This document shows, piece after piece, positions 29,813 to 39,560 of a stretch of 64,000 bases of DNA (positions within the stretch are counted from its first letter, which is position 1; each line of letters starts with the position of its first letter). Location of the stretch: NCBI GenBank assembly GCA_900551455.1, contig URVV01000006.1, positions 2,055 to 66,054 on the forward strand, given 5' to 3'. Source of the stretch: an uncultured Mycoplasmatota bacterium (lineage in GTDB: Bacteria > Bacillota_I > Bacilli_A > RF39 > UBA660). The notes below the pieces were generated by a model, which saw nothing but the letters and a program-made list of their open reading frames with translations, made no database searches and was not told the DNA's origin. Both the position numbers and the translations under genes were made by a program.

Positions 29813-30772
29813 TCAGTCTTTGTTGTGGTATTCTTTGGCTACTTCGTCTAATTCTTTTAGGAGTGATTCGGCATCTTCCCAACTTGTTAATCTTGCTCCT
29901 GAAGCGTATGGATGGCCTCCCCCACCATAGTTGCTTGCTACTTCATTTATTATAGGTCCTCTAGAACGAATATTAGCTTTAATTATTTTCATTTTAGTAT
30001 CTTCAGAGAAGAAAACCCAGATAAGTATTTCTTTAACAAACTTTAAATCATTTATCATATTACCTGCTGTGGCTGAATCTACTTGATATTTTTTCATTAT
30101 ATCTTCAGTTAGTTTAATGTATGCAACATTGTTTTCGGTTAAAATAAGATTTTGATAAATGTATCCTTGAAACTTTATTTCAGAGATTGGTCTTGAATAT
30201 AATGGTTCATATAATTTAGTAAATTCTATATTAGTCATATCTAAGAGTTTGCTTACTAAACGAATTGTTTCGTTAGTAGTATAGTCGTGAAGAAATCTGT
30301 CTGTATCTCCTACGATACCTATATAAATATTCTCAGCAATTTTTTTGGTTAGTTTTAATTTATTATCTAGAGCAAATTTAAAGATTAGTTGGCTAGCACT
30401 ACTAGCAGTATCTTCAATATATTCAAGATCGGCATATTTTTCTACGAATGGATGATGATCTATTTTGATTACATATGCAAAATTGGTTACATCTTTTATA
30501 TCTTCAATTCTTTTTTTATCAGGGGTATCTAGAACTATTAGAAGGGTTTCTTTAGGATCTAGATCATCTATTTTTTCTAAATTTCCCATAAATCTAAAGC
30601 GTGAAGCGATTGCGCCTACGGCATATACGTTTTTATCTTTGAAGTTAGTTTTTATTAATTCTTTTAGAGCGAATTGACTTCCTAGAGCATCAGGATCTGC
30701 TCCGATGTGTCTAGCAATAACGATGTTTTGGTATTTTTTTATTTGTTTTAAAATATCTTTAAATAATTTCAT
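29813..30772 (-). CDS. nrnA: DHH/DHHA1 phosphoesterase (NrnA-type oligoribonuclease/pAp phosphatase)
   Basis: DHH motifs (IARHIGADPDALGS, IDHHP) and DHHA1 GGGGH. Confidence 0.75.
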   Translation of the reverse strand: MKLFKDILKQIKKYQNIVIARHIGADPDALGSQFALKELIKTNFKDKNVYAVGAIASRFRFMGNLEKIDDLDPKETLLIVLDTPDKKRIEDIKDVTNFAYVIKIDHHPFVEKYADLEYIEDTASSASQLIFKFALDNKLKLTKKIAENIYIGIVGDTDRFLHDYTTNETIRLVSKLLDMTNIEFTKLYEPLYSRPISEIKFQGYIYQNLILTENNVAYIKLTEDIMKKYQVDSATAGNMINDLKFVKEILIWVFFSEDTKMKIIKANIRSRGPIINEVASNYGGGGHPYASGARLTSWEDAESLLKELDEVAKEYHNKD

Positions 30773-31979
30773 TTTGAATTAATTCTTTTTCTTTTTCTTT
30801 TTCTTGATATAACATATATGTATCTCTTGCTATCATTAATTCTTCGTTGGTTGGGATAACATAACAAGGAATAGTTGAATCTTCAGTAGTAATTAGTTTT
30901 TCTACTCCACGACAATCGTTTGCTTCTTCATCAATCTTAATACCTAGTACTGCTAGACCATCAATTACTTCTCTTCTGGTGTGAATTGAATTTTCCCCAA
31001 TACCGGCAGTGAATACTATGGCATCGCATCCACCTAGTTCAACATAATACTTGGCAATGTGATCAATTATACGATTAGTGAACATTTTTTGAGCTAGGAT
31101 ACATCTTGGATTGCCAATTTTCATGCCATCTTCGATATCTCTAGAGTCACTACTTATTCCACTGATACCTAACAAACCACTCTGTTTATTTAATATATCA
31201 TCCATTTCTTCAGGAGTACATTCTAACTCGTGCATCATATAAGTTATTATGGTAGCATCCATATCTCCACAACGTGAACCCATCATTAGTCCAGCGTTAG
31301 GGGTAAGTCCCATAGAAGTATTTACACATATGCCCTCATTGATAGCAGAAATACTTGCACCATTACCAATATGACAAGTAATTAATTTAGTGTTATATCT
31401 ACCAAGAATTTCATTCATTCTGGTAGAAACATATTTGTGACTGGTTCCGTGGGCACCATATTTTCTTATTTGATACTTTTCACACCATTCATATGGTACG
31501 GGATATAGATAATTTTCTTCTTCAATGGTTTGATGAAAGGCTGTATCAAATACTCCTGTTTGTAACGCATTAGGTACAACAACTTTTGCGGCTTTAATAC
31601 CTTTTACGGCAGCAGGGTTGTGTAGTGGAGCTAAGGTTGATAATTCTCTTACTTTTTTGATATTTTCGTCAGTCATTTCTTCTGTTCTATCAAAGTAAGA
31701 ACCTCCTTGAACGATACGGTGACCAATGGCTTTTATTTCATCTAAAGATGAGACTATTTTATTTTCAATTAATTCTTCCATTAATATTTGGAAAGCAACT
31801 TCGTGATTTTTTAGGTCGGCTTCTTTCTTTATTTTTTCTCCATTTAATTTTATTGTATAGAAGCTATCTTTTATGCCAATTCTTTCAAATACACCAGAGA
31901 TTAAAACTTTTTCTTCTGGCATATCAAAAGCTTGGAATTTTAATGATGAACTTCCTGCATTTACTGATAATACTATCAT
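30759..31979 (-). CDS. ackA: Acetate kinase
   Basis: N-terminal VLSVNAGSSSLKFQ; acetokinase motifs; 406 aa. Confidence 0.9.
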   Translation of the reverse strand: MIVLSVNAGSSSLKFQAFDMPEEKVLISGVFERIGIKDSFYTIKLNGEKIKKEADLKNHEVAFQILMEELIENKIVSSLDEIKAIGHRIVQGGSYFDRTEEMTDENIKKVRELSTLAPLHNPAAVKGIKAAKVVVPNALQTGVFDTAFHQTIEEENYLYPVPYEWCEKYQIRKYGAHGTSHKYVSTRMNEILGRYNTKLITCHIGNGASISAINEGICVNTSMGLTPNAGLMMGSRCGDMDATIITYMMHELECTPEEMDDILNKQSGLLGISGISSDSRDIEDGMKIGNPRCILAQKMFTNRIIDHIAKYYVELGGCDAIVFTAGIGENSIHTRREVIDGLAVLGIKIDEEANDCRGVEKLITTEDSTIPCYVIPTNEELMIARDTYMLYQEKEKEKELIQNEII

Positions 31980-32072
31980 ATTACACCTCTTTCTTTAGTA
32001 ATTATACCCAAAGATGAGATATTTTTCAATGATTTATTCTTATTTAATGAAAAAAACTCCAAATAATTGGAA

Positions 32073-33686
32073 TTAATTCATTATATCTAAAATAGTAGGT
32101 AATATTTGCATTTTTCTTGAGAGAATTCCTTCTAGATATATACCTTGATAAAATTCTTTGTTAAATGATTGTTCTAAGATTTCTTTGGCTTGCTTACTAT
32201 AGTAGACGTAGGTACCGTTTTTAATGATATCTGTTACAAATAAAGCAATAAATTTATATTCATTATGTGTGGAGATATTATCTAGCATTTCTATATAGGA
32301 TTCTTTTTCAGAGTCTATTTCTTCGATATTAGTAGTATAAATTTGCCCTAATCCTATAAGTCCTTGTTCTGTTGGATATTTTTTAAAGTCGGTGTATAAA
32401 ATTTCTTCTTTAGTTTTACCAGTTAACTTGGTACCATATGCGATCATATCAAAACCATATTTTTTGTAGTTAACTTCGGCTAATCTAGCTAAATTGTTAA
32501 CGGCATCTTTATCTATAAGGGTTGTTGTTGGGGAATTTAAAATTAGAGTATCTGATAATATTCCCGATAACATTAATCCGGCAATTTGTTTAGGTATTTT
32601 AATATTGTTTTCACGGTACATTAGGTAGATAATGGTATTGGTACTTCCTACTGGCATATTTCTAAAGTTAATTGGATGAGTGGTACCTATATTTGAGATA
32701 TTATGGTGATCTATTATTTCTATAATATCGGCTTCTTCAAGGCCTATAGCTGATTGCTCATAGGAATTATGATCTACTAGAATTACTTTCTTTTTGTTGC
32801 GATATCCAACGTTAGCAAATTTGATGATTCCTAGACATTTTTCGTTATTGTCAACAATTGGATAATATGTATATTTAGTTTTTTCTGCAGAAGAAATAAA
32901 GTTACTTAGATCTTCATTTTCATTTACAATATGTACTTTAGTAGTATTAATAATTGTTTCAACATTATTACAGAAGTTAAACTTTTTTATGGTTTCTAGA
33001 TCACTATAATTGGTCTTGATAATATTTACTTTATTTTCTTTAGCGAGAAGAATTTGTTCTTCTTTTAAATCTTGGTTATTGGTTACAATAATTAGTTTTA
33101 CTTGGCATTTAATGGCATATTCAATAATACTGTAACGATTACTTGTTATTAAAATATCATTATTTTTTAGAGGAATTTCGTTGATAAATGTTGTTGAACG
33201 ATATCCAGGTACAATTAAATTTCCTTTTATTATATTGTCATATTTTAAAACTTTTGTTCCATCGATAGCAGTTAAGATATTTTTATATGAGGTGTTAATT
33301 TTTGAATAGTTACCATTTAAACTCTCTTTGGCGATATCTGTCATACTGACAATTCCTAGAATTTTTTTGTTTTTGTCAACAATAGGAATTTTACTTATTT
33401 GTTCTTCTGTCATTTTTTTGTAGGCTTCGTAAATTGAAATATTTGTTTCAGCCATATATCCTTTAGAATAATCTAGATCTTTTACTTTTAATTTAACATC
33501 GTTTAGGAATAATGGCTCTTTTACTTTAAAATACTTTAGGGCATAAGATGTTTCTTTGGTTATTGAACTTAGAATTACAGGAATAGCATTTATTCCTTGT
33601 TTCTTTTTTAAATATGATAAGGAGATTGCTGCAGTTACACTATCGGTATCGGGATTGCGATGACCAAAAATATATACTTTTTCCAT
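32073..33686 (-). CDS. ppaC: Mn-dependent inorganic pyrophosphatase, family II with CBS-domain insert (CBS-PPase)
   Basis: DHH N-domain (FGHRNPDTDSVTAA), CBS pair insertion, DHHA2 C-domain; start at MEKVYIFGH with RBS AAAGAGG. Confidence 0.8.
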   Translation of the reverse strand: MEKVYIFGHRNPDTDSVTAAISLSYLKKKQGINAIPVILSSITKETSYALKYFKVKEPLFLNDVKLKVKDLDYSKGYMAETNISIYEAYKKMTEEQISKIPIVDKNKKILGIVSMTDIAKESLNGNYSKINTSYKNILTAIDGTKVLKYDNIIKGNLIVPGYRSTTFINEIPLKNNDILITSNRYSIIEYAIKCQVKLIIVTNNQDLKEEQILLAKENKVNIIKTNYSDLETIKKFNFCNNVETIINTTKVHIVNENEDLSNFISSAEKTKYTYYPIVDNNEKCLGIIKFANVGYRNKKKVILVDHNSYEQSAIGLEEADIIEIIDHHNISNIGTTHPINFRNMPVGSTNTIIYLMYRENNIKIPKQIAGLMLSGILSDTLILNSPTTTLIDKDAVNNLARLAEVNYKKYGFDMIAYGTKLTGKTKEEILYTDFKKYPTEQGLIGLGQIYTTNIEEIDSEKESYIEMLDNISTHNEYKFIALFVTDIIKNGTYVYYSKQAKEILEQSFNKEFYQGIYLEGILSRKMQILPTILDIMN

Positions 33687-33688
33687 TT

Positions 33689-35113
33689 TTAACCTCTTTT
33701 CTGATTCTTTAGTTTGAAAATTATATAACATATTAGTAGGTATACTCCTATTAATAATAGTGATTTTAAATAGCTAGCTTGTTTGATTGGAATTATAAAT
33801 TCTACAAGTATTAAGATAATGCATAAGATAATATTTTCGTATAAAATTGTTAAAATCTTTTCTAAATAATTCTTTTCTTTTTGATACTTATTTGTTAGAT
33901 AGATATGATTTATTATTATAGATAAAAGCATAGCAATTATGGTACTTAAAATATCTCCATACATTAGGCTATATCCCATTCGATAAAAGGAATTTATAAG
34001 TGGGATCGTTAAGATTAATTTAAAGATTAGACCTGTTATTAGACTTATAAGAATTATTTTTTTATTTTGAATACTTTTGAAGGTTATATCGTATAGGGAT
34101 ATAAAAATTGCTAAAAAATTTAATATTAGTAAATAGATTGATTTACTTGAATCATAAAATATAACATTACATATTAAGGGAGAAATAATACTGAATATTA
34201 TTGATAGTGGTAAAGTTATACGAATTGATAGATATATTTTATCAAAAACATTCCCTACTTTATGGTATTTTTTAGTAATATATTCCAGGATAAATATGAG
34301 GTAATTAATGATTGTTAATCCATAGAAGTAGATAAAGGTTATGTCATTATCTATTTGAGGAATAGCATAGCCATATCTTGTAGTTAAGATTAAATATAGG
34401 AGAATAATTGATATATAGTAGTAACTATTTTTTACTATATTAATGATACTTGTGGGGTAACAATTTGTCAATACTTTTTTAATTTCTTCGTGGTAGTTTA
34501 CTTTAAGAGTTTTCTTATCTTGAAGGTTCTTTTTTGATTGTAATTTGATTATTTCATATATGATTATTAAGATTACTAGAAAGCTTATTATTTTTGATAA
34601 ATATAGAAGAGAAATGGCAAGGGTGTTTTTTAAATGAAAGATTCTAAAGCTTAATGTTGTAATTATTATAAGGAGAAACGAATCAATTATATAGTAGGTA
34701 TTTAGAATAAGGCTTGGATTTTTATATTTATTTGTTTCTAAATAATCTGTAAGAATATTTAAAGTTGGTTCAATTGTTATGGTTAATCCCATTAGAAGAA
34801 AGATAATAAATAAGTCTTCTAATTTTAGAGCGTTAGAGGCAATGTCACTCAGAATAAGTCCTAGTAGCAGGAAGAAAAATGAAATTACACTAATAGTTAA
34901 CATAGATAATTTTAAGAGTTTTATTTTACTCTTGTTATTAGAAATATTTTCAAGATTATCCTTAATGGTTATACTTTTGAAGAATGAAATGAAAACATTA
35001 TATAGGCTTAGTGATAAGACATAATAAAAAATGCTTTGTTTACCTACTAGATAATAAATTATAATAGTTGTTAATAATTCAATTGTTTTAATAATTATAT
35101 TTTTTTCCCTCAT
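33689..35113 (-). CDS. Polytopic integral membrane protein (12-14 TM; possibly MOP/Wzx-like flippase superfamily)
   Basis: 474 aa, almost entirely hydrophobic helices; no catalytic motifs recognised. Confidence 0.3.
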   Translation of the reverse strand: MREKNIIIKTIELLTTIIIYYLVGKQSIFYYVLSLSLYNVFISFFKSITIKDNLENISNNKSKIKLLKLSMLTISVISFFFLLLGLILSDIASNALKLEDLFIIFLLMGLTITIEPTLNILTDYLETNKYKNPSLILNTYYIIDSFLLIIITTLSFRIFHLKNTLAISLLYLSKIISFLVILIIIYEIIKLQSKKNLQDKKTLKVNYHEEIKKVLTNCYPTSIINIVKNSYYYISIILLYLILTTRYGYAIPQIDNDITFIYFYGLTIINYLIFILEYITKKYHKVGNVFDKIYLSIRITLPLSIIFSIISPLICNVIFYDSSKSIYLLILNFLAIFISLYDITFKSIQNKKIILISLITGLIFKLILTIPLINSFYRMGYSLMYGDILSTIIAMLLSIIINHIYLTNKYQKEKNYLEKILTILYENIILCIILILVEFIIPIKQASYLKSLLLIGVYLLICYIIFKLKNQKRG

Positions 35114-35189
35114 AACCGTTCCCTACTTTATTTAATTTTAACAAATTAATGGTTTTTTTTCAAGTAAAAGTATGCTAAATGATTAAAGA

Positions 35190-35212
35190 AAAAAAGTTCA
35201 ATGAACTTTTTT
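35190..35212 (-). terminator. Rho-independent terminator ending the bacteriocin operon
   Basis: AAAAAGTTCA-at-GAACTTTTT hairpin a few nt after the peptide stop, T-run on minus strand. Confidence 0.7.
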
Positions 35213-35217
35213 TCTTT

Positions 35218-35382
35218 TTATTTTACGGGACAATATGTTTTGGTTACGAATCTTCTTATGGCACTGCCAACATATTTTCCTAAATTATAAACTGTATTTA
35301 TAGCTTTTGATATGGCGTTAATCCAAGAAGATGTGATGGCTCCGCCAGTTATTTCAGTCATTTGTTTTTGCTTTAGTTCCAT
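35218..35382 (-). CDS. Bacteriocin precursor peptide B with double-glycine leader (54 aa): MELKQKQMTEITGG / AITSSWINAISKAINTVYNLGKYVGSAIRRFVTKTYCPVK
   Basis: Hand-translated; ATG at 35380-35382 with RBS AAAGGAAG; 14-aa GG leader; cationic 40-aa mature peptide with AxxxA/GxxxG motifs; below 60-aa ORF-track cutoff. Confidence 0.75.
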   Translation of the reverse strand: MELKQKQMTEITGGAITSSWINAISKAINTVYNLGKYVGSAIRRFVTKTYCPVK

Positions 35383-35399
35383 ATTTTTACTTCCTTTCT

Positions 35400-35537
35400 T
35401 TAATTACGACAGCGACTTGGATTGGTATAACCGCTAAACAAACCGATTAAAAATACTATTGCTGAGGCAATACCGCTAACTAAACGCCAAGATACGCCAC
35501 CGGGGACTTCAGTCATTTGTTTTTCATTTAATTCCAT
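35400..35537 (-). CDS. Bacteriocin precursor peptide A with double-glycine leader (45 aa): MELNEKQMTEVPGG / VSWRLVSGIASAIVFLIGLFSGYTNPSRCRN
   Basis: Hand-translated; ATG at 35535-35537 with RBS AAAGGAG overlapping upstream stop; GG leader near-identical to peptide B; hydrophobic GxxxS/GxxxG mature peptide. Confidence 0.75.
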   Translation of the reverse strand: MELNEKQMTEVPGGVSWRLVSGIASAIVFLIGLFSGYTNPSRCRN

Positions 35538-35548
35538 TAATTTCTCCT

Positions 35549-35968
35549 TTACAGATATTCTTTTAAATATTTAACTAGAGTTTTATTTTCTTTGACTATT
35601 TTTATTTCATAAACATTGTTATTAATACTTTTTAGATTGGAAATATTTAAATAAATATAAGTATAACTGTTACCAGATTCATCGAGATATGTATGATCAT
35701 CAATATGATTTACTTGATACCGATATTCTTGATTATTAAGTAATAAGGTGTTATTATTTATAAAATATTTTAAATAGTTAGATTTTGTTACAACTATTAA
35801 TTCATTATCTTTATACTTTCCTTCTGTTAAGTAATATGATTGATATTTATAGGTAAAAATAACATACAGGAAGATAATAATTATTATTAGAATAATTAAA
35901 CTAATATTATATATTTTAGGATATTTATTCCTTTTTAAAATTATTTCTATATCGAGAATGTCATTCAT
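35549..35968 (-). CDS. Small bitopic membrane protein in bacteriocin operon (candidate truncated accessory or immunity protein)
   Basis: 139 aa; one N-terminal TM (ISLIILIIIIIFLYVIF), Tyr/Asn-rich ectodomain; ATGAATGA-type overlap with the transporter gene. Confidence 0.45.
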   Translation of the reverse strand: MNDILDIEIILKRNKYPKIYNISLIILIIIIIFLYVIFTYKYQSYYLTEGKYKDNELIVVTKSNYLKYFINNNTLLLNNQEYRYQVNHIDDHTYLDESGNSYTYIYLNISNLKSINNNVYEIKIVKENKTLVKYLKEYL

Positions 35969-38033
35969 TATAGGTTAAGATACTCCTTTTACTTAGGTTG
36001 ATAACTTTAGTATATAAATCCATATTGTCTAGTCGATGGGAAATAATGATAATAGTTTTATGTTGATAGTTGTCAAAGATGTTTTTTAAAATTTTCCTTT
36101 CAAGGTTTATGTCTATTTCATTTAGACCTTCATCTATTAAGATATATGAAGATTCTTTTAATAAGGCCCTAGCTAAAATAATACGTTGTCTTTGTCCACC
36201 AGATAAATTTACACCATTTTCCTCTAAGGGATAATTATATGAGAGTAAATTATCTTTAACTAAATCGTCTACATATGTTATTTTACAAACTTTTAAAAAT
36301 TCTTCTTCAGAGATGTTTCTTGATAAAGTTATATTATTTCTAATAGTATCTGTATATAATAATTCATTTTGTGATAAATAAGTAAATTTTGTTCTAATAT
36401 CTTTTATAGTTAAATCATTTATATCATAATTATTAAGATATACTTTGTCTCTTGACACAGGATAATATTTAAATAATATCTTTAATAGGGATGATTTTCC
36501 ACTACCAGAAGGACCTAATATCAAGACTTTTTCAGCTTTTTTTATTTCTAACGATAAATTCTTAAAGACCATATGTTTTTGATTATAACTAAATGATAAA
36601 TTGTTTATTTTTATAGTGCCATAAACATTTAAATTACTTAGCTTGTCTAGCTCATCATATTTATAATTTAAAATTGTATTAATTCTTTTTATACTGTTTT
36701 TGGCATAAAAGAATTCTTGGTAAAAATCAAAAACTTGGCTAAGAGGATTTATAAAGTAAGATAACAATGTATTATAGGTAAGTATACTACCAATAGTGAA
36801 TGATTTATCCATTATATAAGTTGTTCCTAAATAAGTTATAAATAATATTAAAAGACTACTTACTATGTTTTTTAGAAATTCTTCAGATATTGATAACTTT
36901 GATAATGATAAATTATCATTAATATAATTTAGGTATTTATAATTAATTTTCTTGGTAAAATTAGACTCTAGATTTAAACCCTTTATAGTTTCATAACTAC
37001 TTATGGTTTCAGTTAAGAATGAATTTACCTTGGCACCACTTTCTTGAATAGTATCAGTATATCTTTTAATACTATTTTTGTAAGCCAAGAAAATTAAGAG
37101 GTAGATGAATGCTAATAATAATACAATATAAGTTAATTCTTTATTAATGATAAAGAGAATTATTAAGGTAAAAATTGCTAGAATGCTATCTAGAAAGATA
37201 GTTATTATTATTTTAGAAATAACATTCTTTATATAGAATAAATCATTAATACGTGAGATTACTTCTCCTGTCGACTTATTTTTGTAATAACTATATGGAA
37301 GGGAGACTATTTTGTTAATTGTGGTAGTTATAATGGATAAATCTATTTTTTGATTTAAATATAGTAAGAGATTATTTCTTAAAAATTCACTAACTTCTTT
37401 AATGAATAAAATGAAGATAAAAATTATTAAAACAATTACTAGATTTAGTTTGTTAGTATAGATAATTTTATCAATTATTACTTTAAAGTGATAACTATAT
37501 ATACATGTAAAAATAGTTGCTATTAAAGTAAGAAGAATCAATTTAATTATTATTTTTTTATTATTTTTGATAGTATTAACTATAACATTAAGAAGATAAT
37601 TATTTTCACTATAAGTTGGTAATTTTTTATATGGTTCTAGTAAGAGGATATTTCCTGTAAATAGAGTATTAAATTCATTAATAGACATAGATACCATTCC
37701 TTTAGCTGGATCCATTATAGTAATTTTATTATTCTTTATTTTGTATACTACAACAAAGTGATAATAATTATTAATTACTATTTGACTAATGAAGGGAGTT
37801 ATATCTGGGGATAATGATGTAATGTTATCTATTTTATATCCTTTGGAAGTTAAGCCAATTTCTTTGGCTGCTAGAGATAAATTATAAAATGTTGTACCTT
37901 CTTTAGTGGTGCTTGTTAGTTCTAATAAACGTTCTTTAGAAATATTTCCTCCATAATACTTAATGATGGACAAAAGACAGGCACTACCACACTCTTTTAT
38001 ACCTTCTTGTAATACGGTATATTTTTTTGTCAC
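35961..38033 (-). CDS. Bacteriocin-processing ABC transporter with N-terminal C39 peptidase domain (LagD/ComA/SunT family)
   Basis: 690 aa; C39 Cys motif QEGIKECGSACLLSI, His (YHFVVVY) and Asp; 6 TM; Walker A LGPSGSGKSS, signature LSGGQRQR, Walker B ILIDE; GTG start at 38033-38031 with RBS GGAGGTGA. Confidence 0.85.
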   Translation of the reverse strand: MTKKYTVLQEGIKECGSACLLSIIKYYGGNISKERLLELTSTTKEGTTFYNLSLAAKEIGLTSKGYKIDNITSLSPDITPFISQIVINNYYHFVVVYKIKNNKITIMDPAKGMVSMSINEFNTLFTGNILLLEPYKKLPTYSENNYLLNVIVNTIKNNKKIIIKLILLTLIATIFTCIYSYHFKVIIDKIIYTNKLNLVIVLIIFIFILFIKEVSEFLRNNLLLYLNQKIDLSIITTTINKIVSLPYSYYKNKSTGEVISRINDLFYIKNVISKIIITIFLDSILAIFTLIILFIINKELTYIVLLLAFIYLLIFLAYKNSIKRYTDTIQESGAKVNSFLTETISSYETIKGLNLESNFTKKINYKYLNYINDNLSLSKLSISEEFLKNIVSSLLILFITYLGTTYIMDKSFTIGSILTYNTLLSYFINPLSQVFDFYQEFFYAKNSIKRINTILNYKYDELDKLSNLNVYGTIKINNLSFSYNQKHMVFKNLSLEIKKAEKVLILGPSGSGKSSLLKILFKYYPVSRDKVYLNNYDINDLTIKDIRTKFTYLSQNELLYTDTIRNNITLSRNISEEEFLKVCKITYVDDLVKDNLLSYNYPLEENGVNLSGGQRQRIILARALLKESSYILIDEGLNEIDINLERKILKNIFDNYQHKTIIIISHRLDNMDLYTKVINLSKRSILTYNE

Positions 38034-38073
38034 CTTCTCACCTCCTCATTAATATTGTTCGTAAAAAGAAAAG

Positions 38074-38108
38074 AGTTTTACTTTTTTTTAGTAAAACTTT
38101 TTTTATTT
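38074..38108 (-). terminator. Rho-independent terminator after murC
   Basis: AGTTTTACT-ttttttt-AGTAAAACT hairpin with flanking T/A runs. Confidence 0.6.
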
Positions 38109-38173
38109 TTTTTAGAAATTAGAGGGATGGTACTAAATATTCTAGGAAGATTAGAGGAATTTCAATATATTGT

Positions 38174-39493
38174 TTAGTTATGTTTTTGTTGTTTTAGTTT
38201 AATTAGATCTTGCTCTAATTTAGAAATATCATTGGGTGACATAAAGACAAAAACTGCATTGTCTATTTCATTTAGAATCTCGGCATCATTTATAGTAATT
38301 GGGTATGCATTTGGGGTATTGTTTATAATTATGTCTTTAGTAATTCCTTGATAGTTTTCTTGACGTTCTCTTGCGGGATGAATATCCATAATGTAAGATT
38401 TATAAGTGTTTTTTAGTATTTTGGCTAAATCTTTAGCAAAAGCTTTCGTTCTACTGAAAGTGTGAGGTTGAAAAATGGCGACAATTTTTTTATTAGGATA
38501 TTTCTGTTTAACAGCATCAAGAGTTGCTTTTACTTCGTTAGGATGGTGAGCATAGTCATCAATGATAATACTGTCAGAAGCAATAGTTTGAGTAAATCGT
38601 CTTTTAGCATTGGTAAATGTTTTAAAGTATTTTTCAACAGTTTGAGCGGCAATGTTTTCACAGATACAAAGGGTTATTACTGCTAGAGCATCTAATAATT
38701 GATGGTGAGCATAAATAGGAATATCAAAGTGCCCATAAAGGTTATTATCTATTGTAACATCAAAGGTTGTGCCTTCTTCGGTATAATTTATGTTAGTGGC
38801 TCTTATATTATTGTTATCGTTTAATCCAAAATAGATTATTGGTTTTGTTAGATGCATTTTGTTAACATATGGATCATCACCACAAGCAATTATCATTTTG
38901 GTTGATTTGTTTGCAAATTCTTCGTAGGCATTAATAATATCATTAATATCTTTATAATAATCAACGTGGTCTAGATCAATGTTTAAAATTATGGCATAGT
39001 ATGGTAAATATGCTAGAAAGTGACGTTTATATTCGCAACTTTCTAGAGCAAAAATAGTATTTTCTTTTTTGGCATAACCGGTACCATCACCAATTAGGTA
39101 ATTAATACCAATAATAGAGTTTAAGACATGAGCTATCATAGCAGTAGTAGTAGTTTTTCCGTGGCAACCAGCAATACAGATAGTTTTAAATTTTCTTGTT
39201 AAAATTCCAACCATTTCGTTGTATTCTAAAATTTGAAGGTTTAATTCCTTGGCTTTTATTAATTCGACGTTATCATCAGTTATAGAGGCACCTTTTATGA
39301 TTATTAGATCTTTAGTTATATTATTTTCGTTATATGGAGTAAAATTTATATTATTTTTTATTAATTCTGATTCGGTAAAGAAATGTTTATCTAGATCACT
39401 TCCCTTTACTTCGTATCCTAATTCTTTCATAATAACTGCTAGAGAACTCATACCAGCACCTTTAATTCCTATAAAATGGTACATATATATCAC
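38174..39493 (-). CDS. murC: UDP-N-acetylmuramate--L-alanine ligase
   Basis: FIGIKGAGMSSLA N-terminus; P-loop GCHGKTTTT; 439 aa. Confidence 0.85.
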   Translation of the reverse strand: MIYMYHFIGIKGAGMSSLAVIMKELGYEVKGSDLDKHFFTESELIKNNINFTPYNENNITKDLIIIKGASITDDNVELIKAKELNLQILEYNEMVGILTRKFKTICIAGCHGKTTTTAMIAHVLNSIIGINYLIGDGTGYAKKENTIFALESCEYKRHFLAYLPYYAIILNIDLDHVDYYKDINDIINAYEEFANKSTKMIIACGDDPYVNKMHLTKPIIYFGLNDNNNIRATNINYTEEGTTFDVTIDNNLYGHFDIPIYAHHQLLDALAVITLCICENIAAQTVEKYFKTFTNAKRRFTQTIASDSIIIDDYAHHPNEVKATLDAVKQKYPNKKIVAIFQPHTFSRTKAFAKDLAKILKNTYKSYIMDIHPARERQENYQGITKDIIINNTPNAYPITINDAEILNEIDNAVFVFMSPNDISKLEQDLIKLKQQKHN

Positions 39494-39560
39494 TTTCCTT
39501 TTAATAAATTATATTATACCACAATAAAAATAATTATTAACTAAAAACATATAATTTATT

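Noticed and set aside
35218-35537. Interpretation of the GG-leader peptides as quorum-sensing pheromones (ComC/BlpC-like)
   Set aside because: No histidine kinase or response regulator in or near the operon. The mature peptides are 31 and 40 aa, amphipathic, with GxxxG packing motifs. That is more typical of membrane-active bacteriocins than of short signalling peptides.
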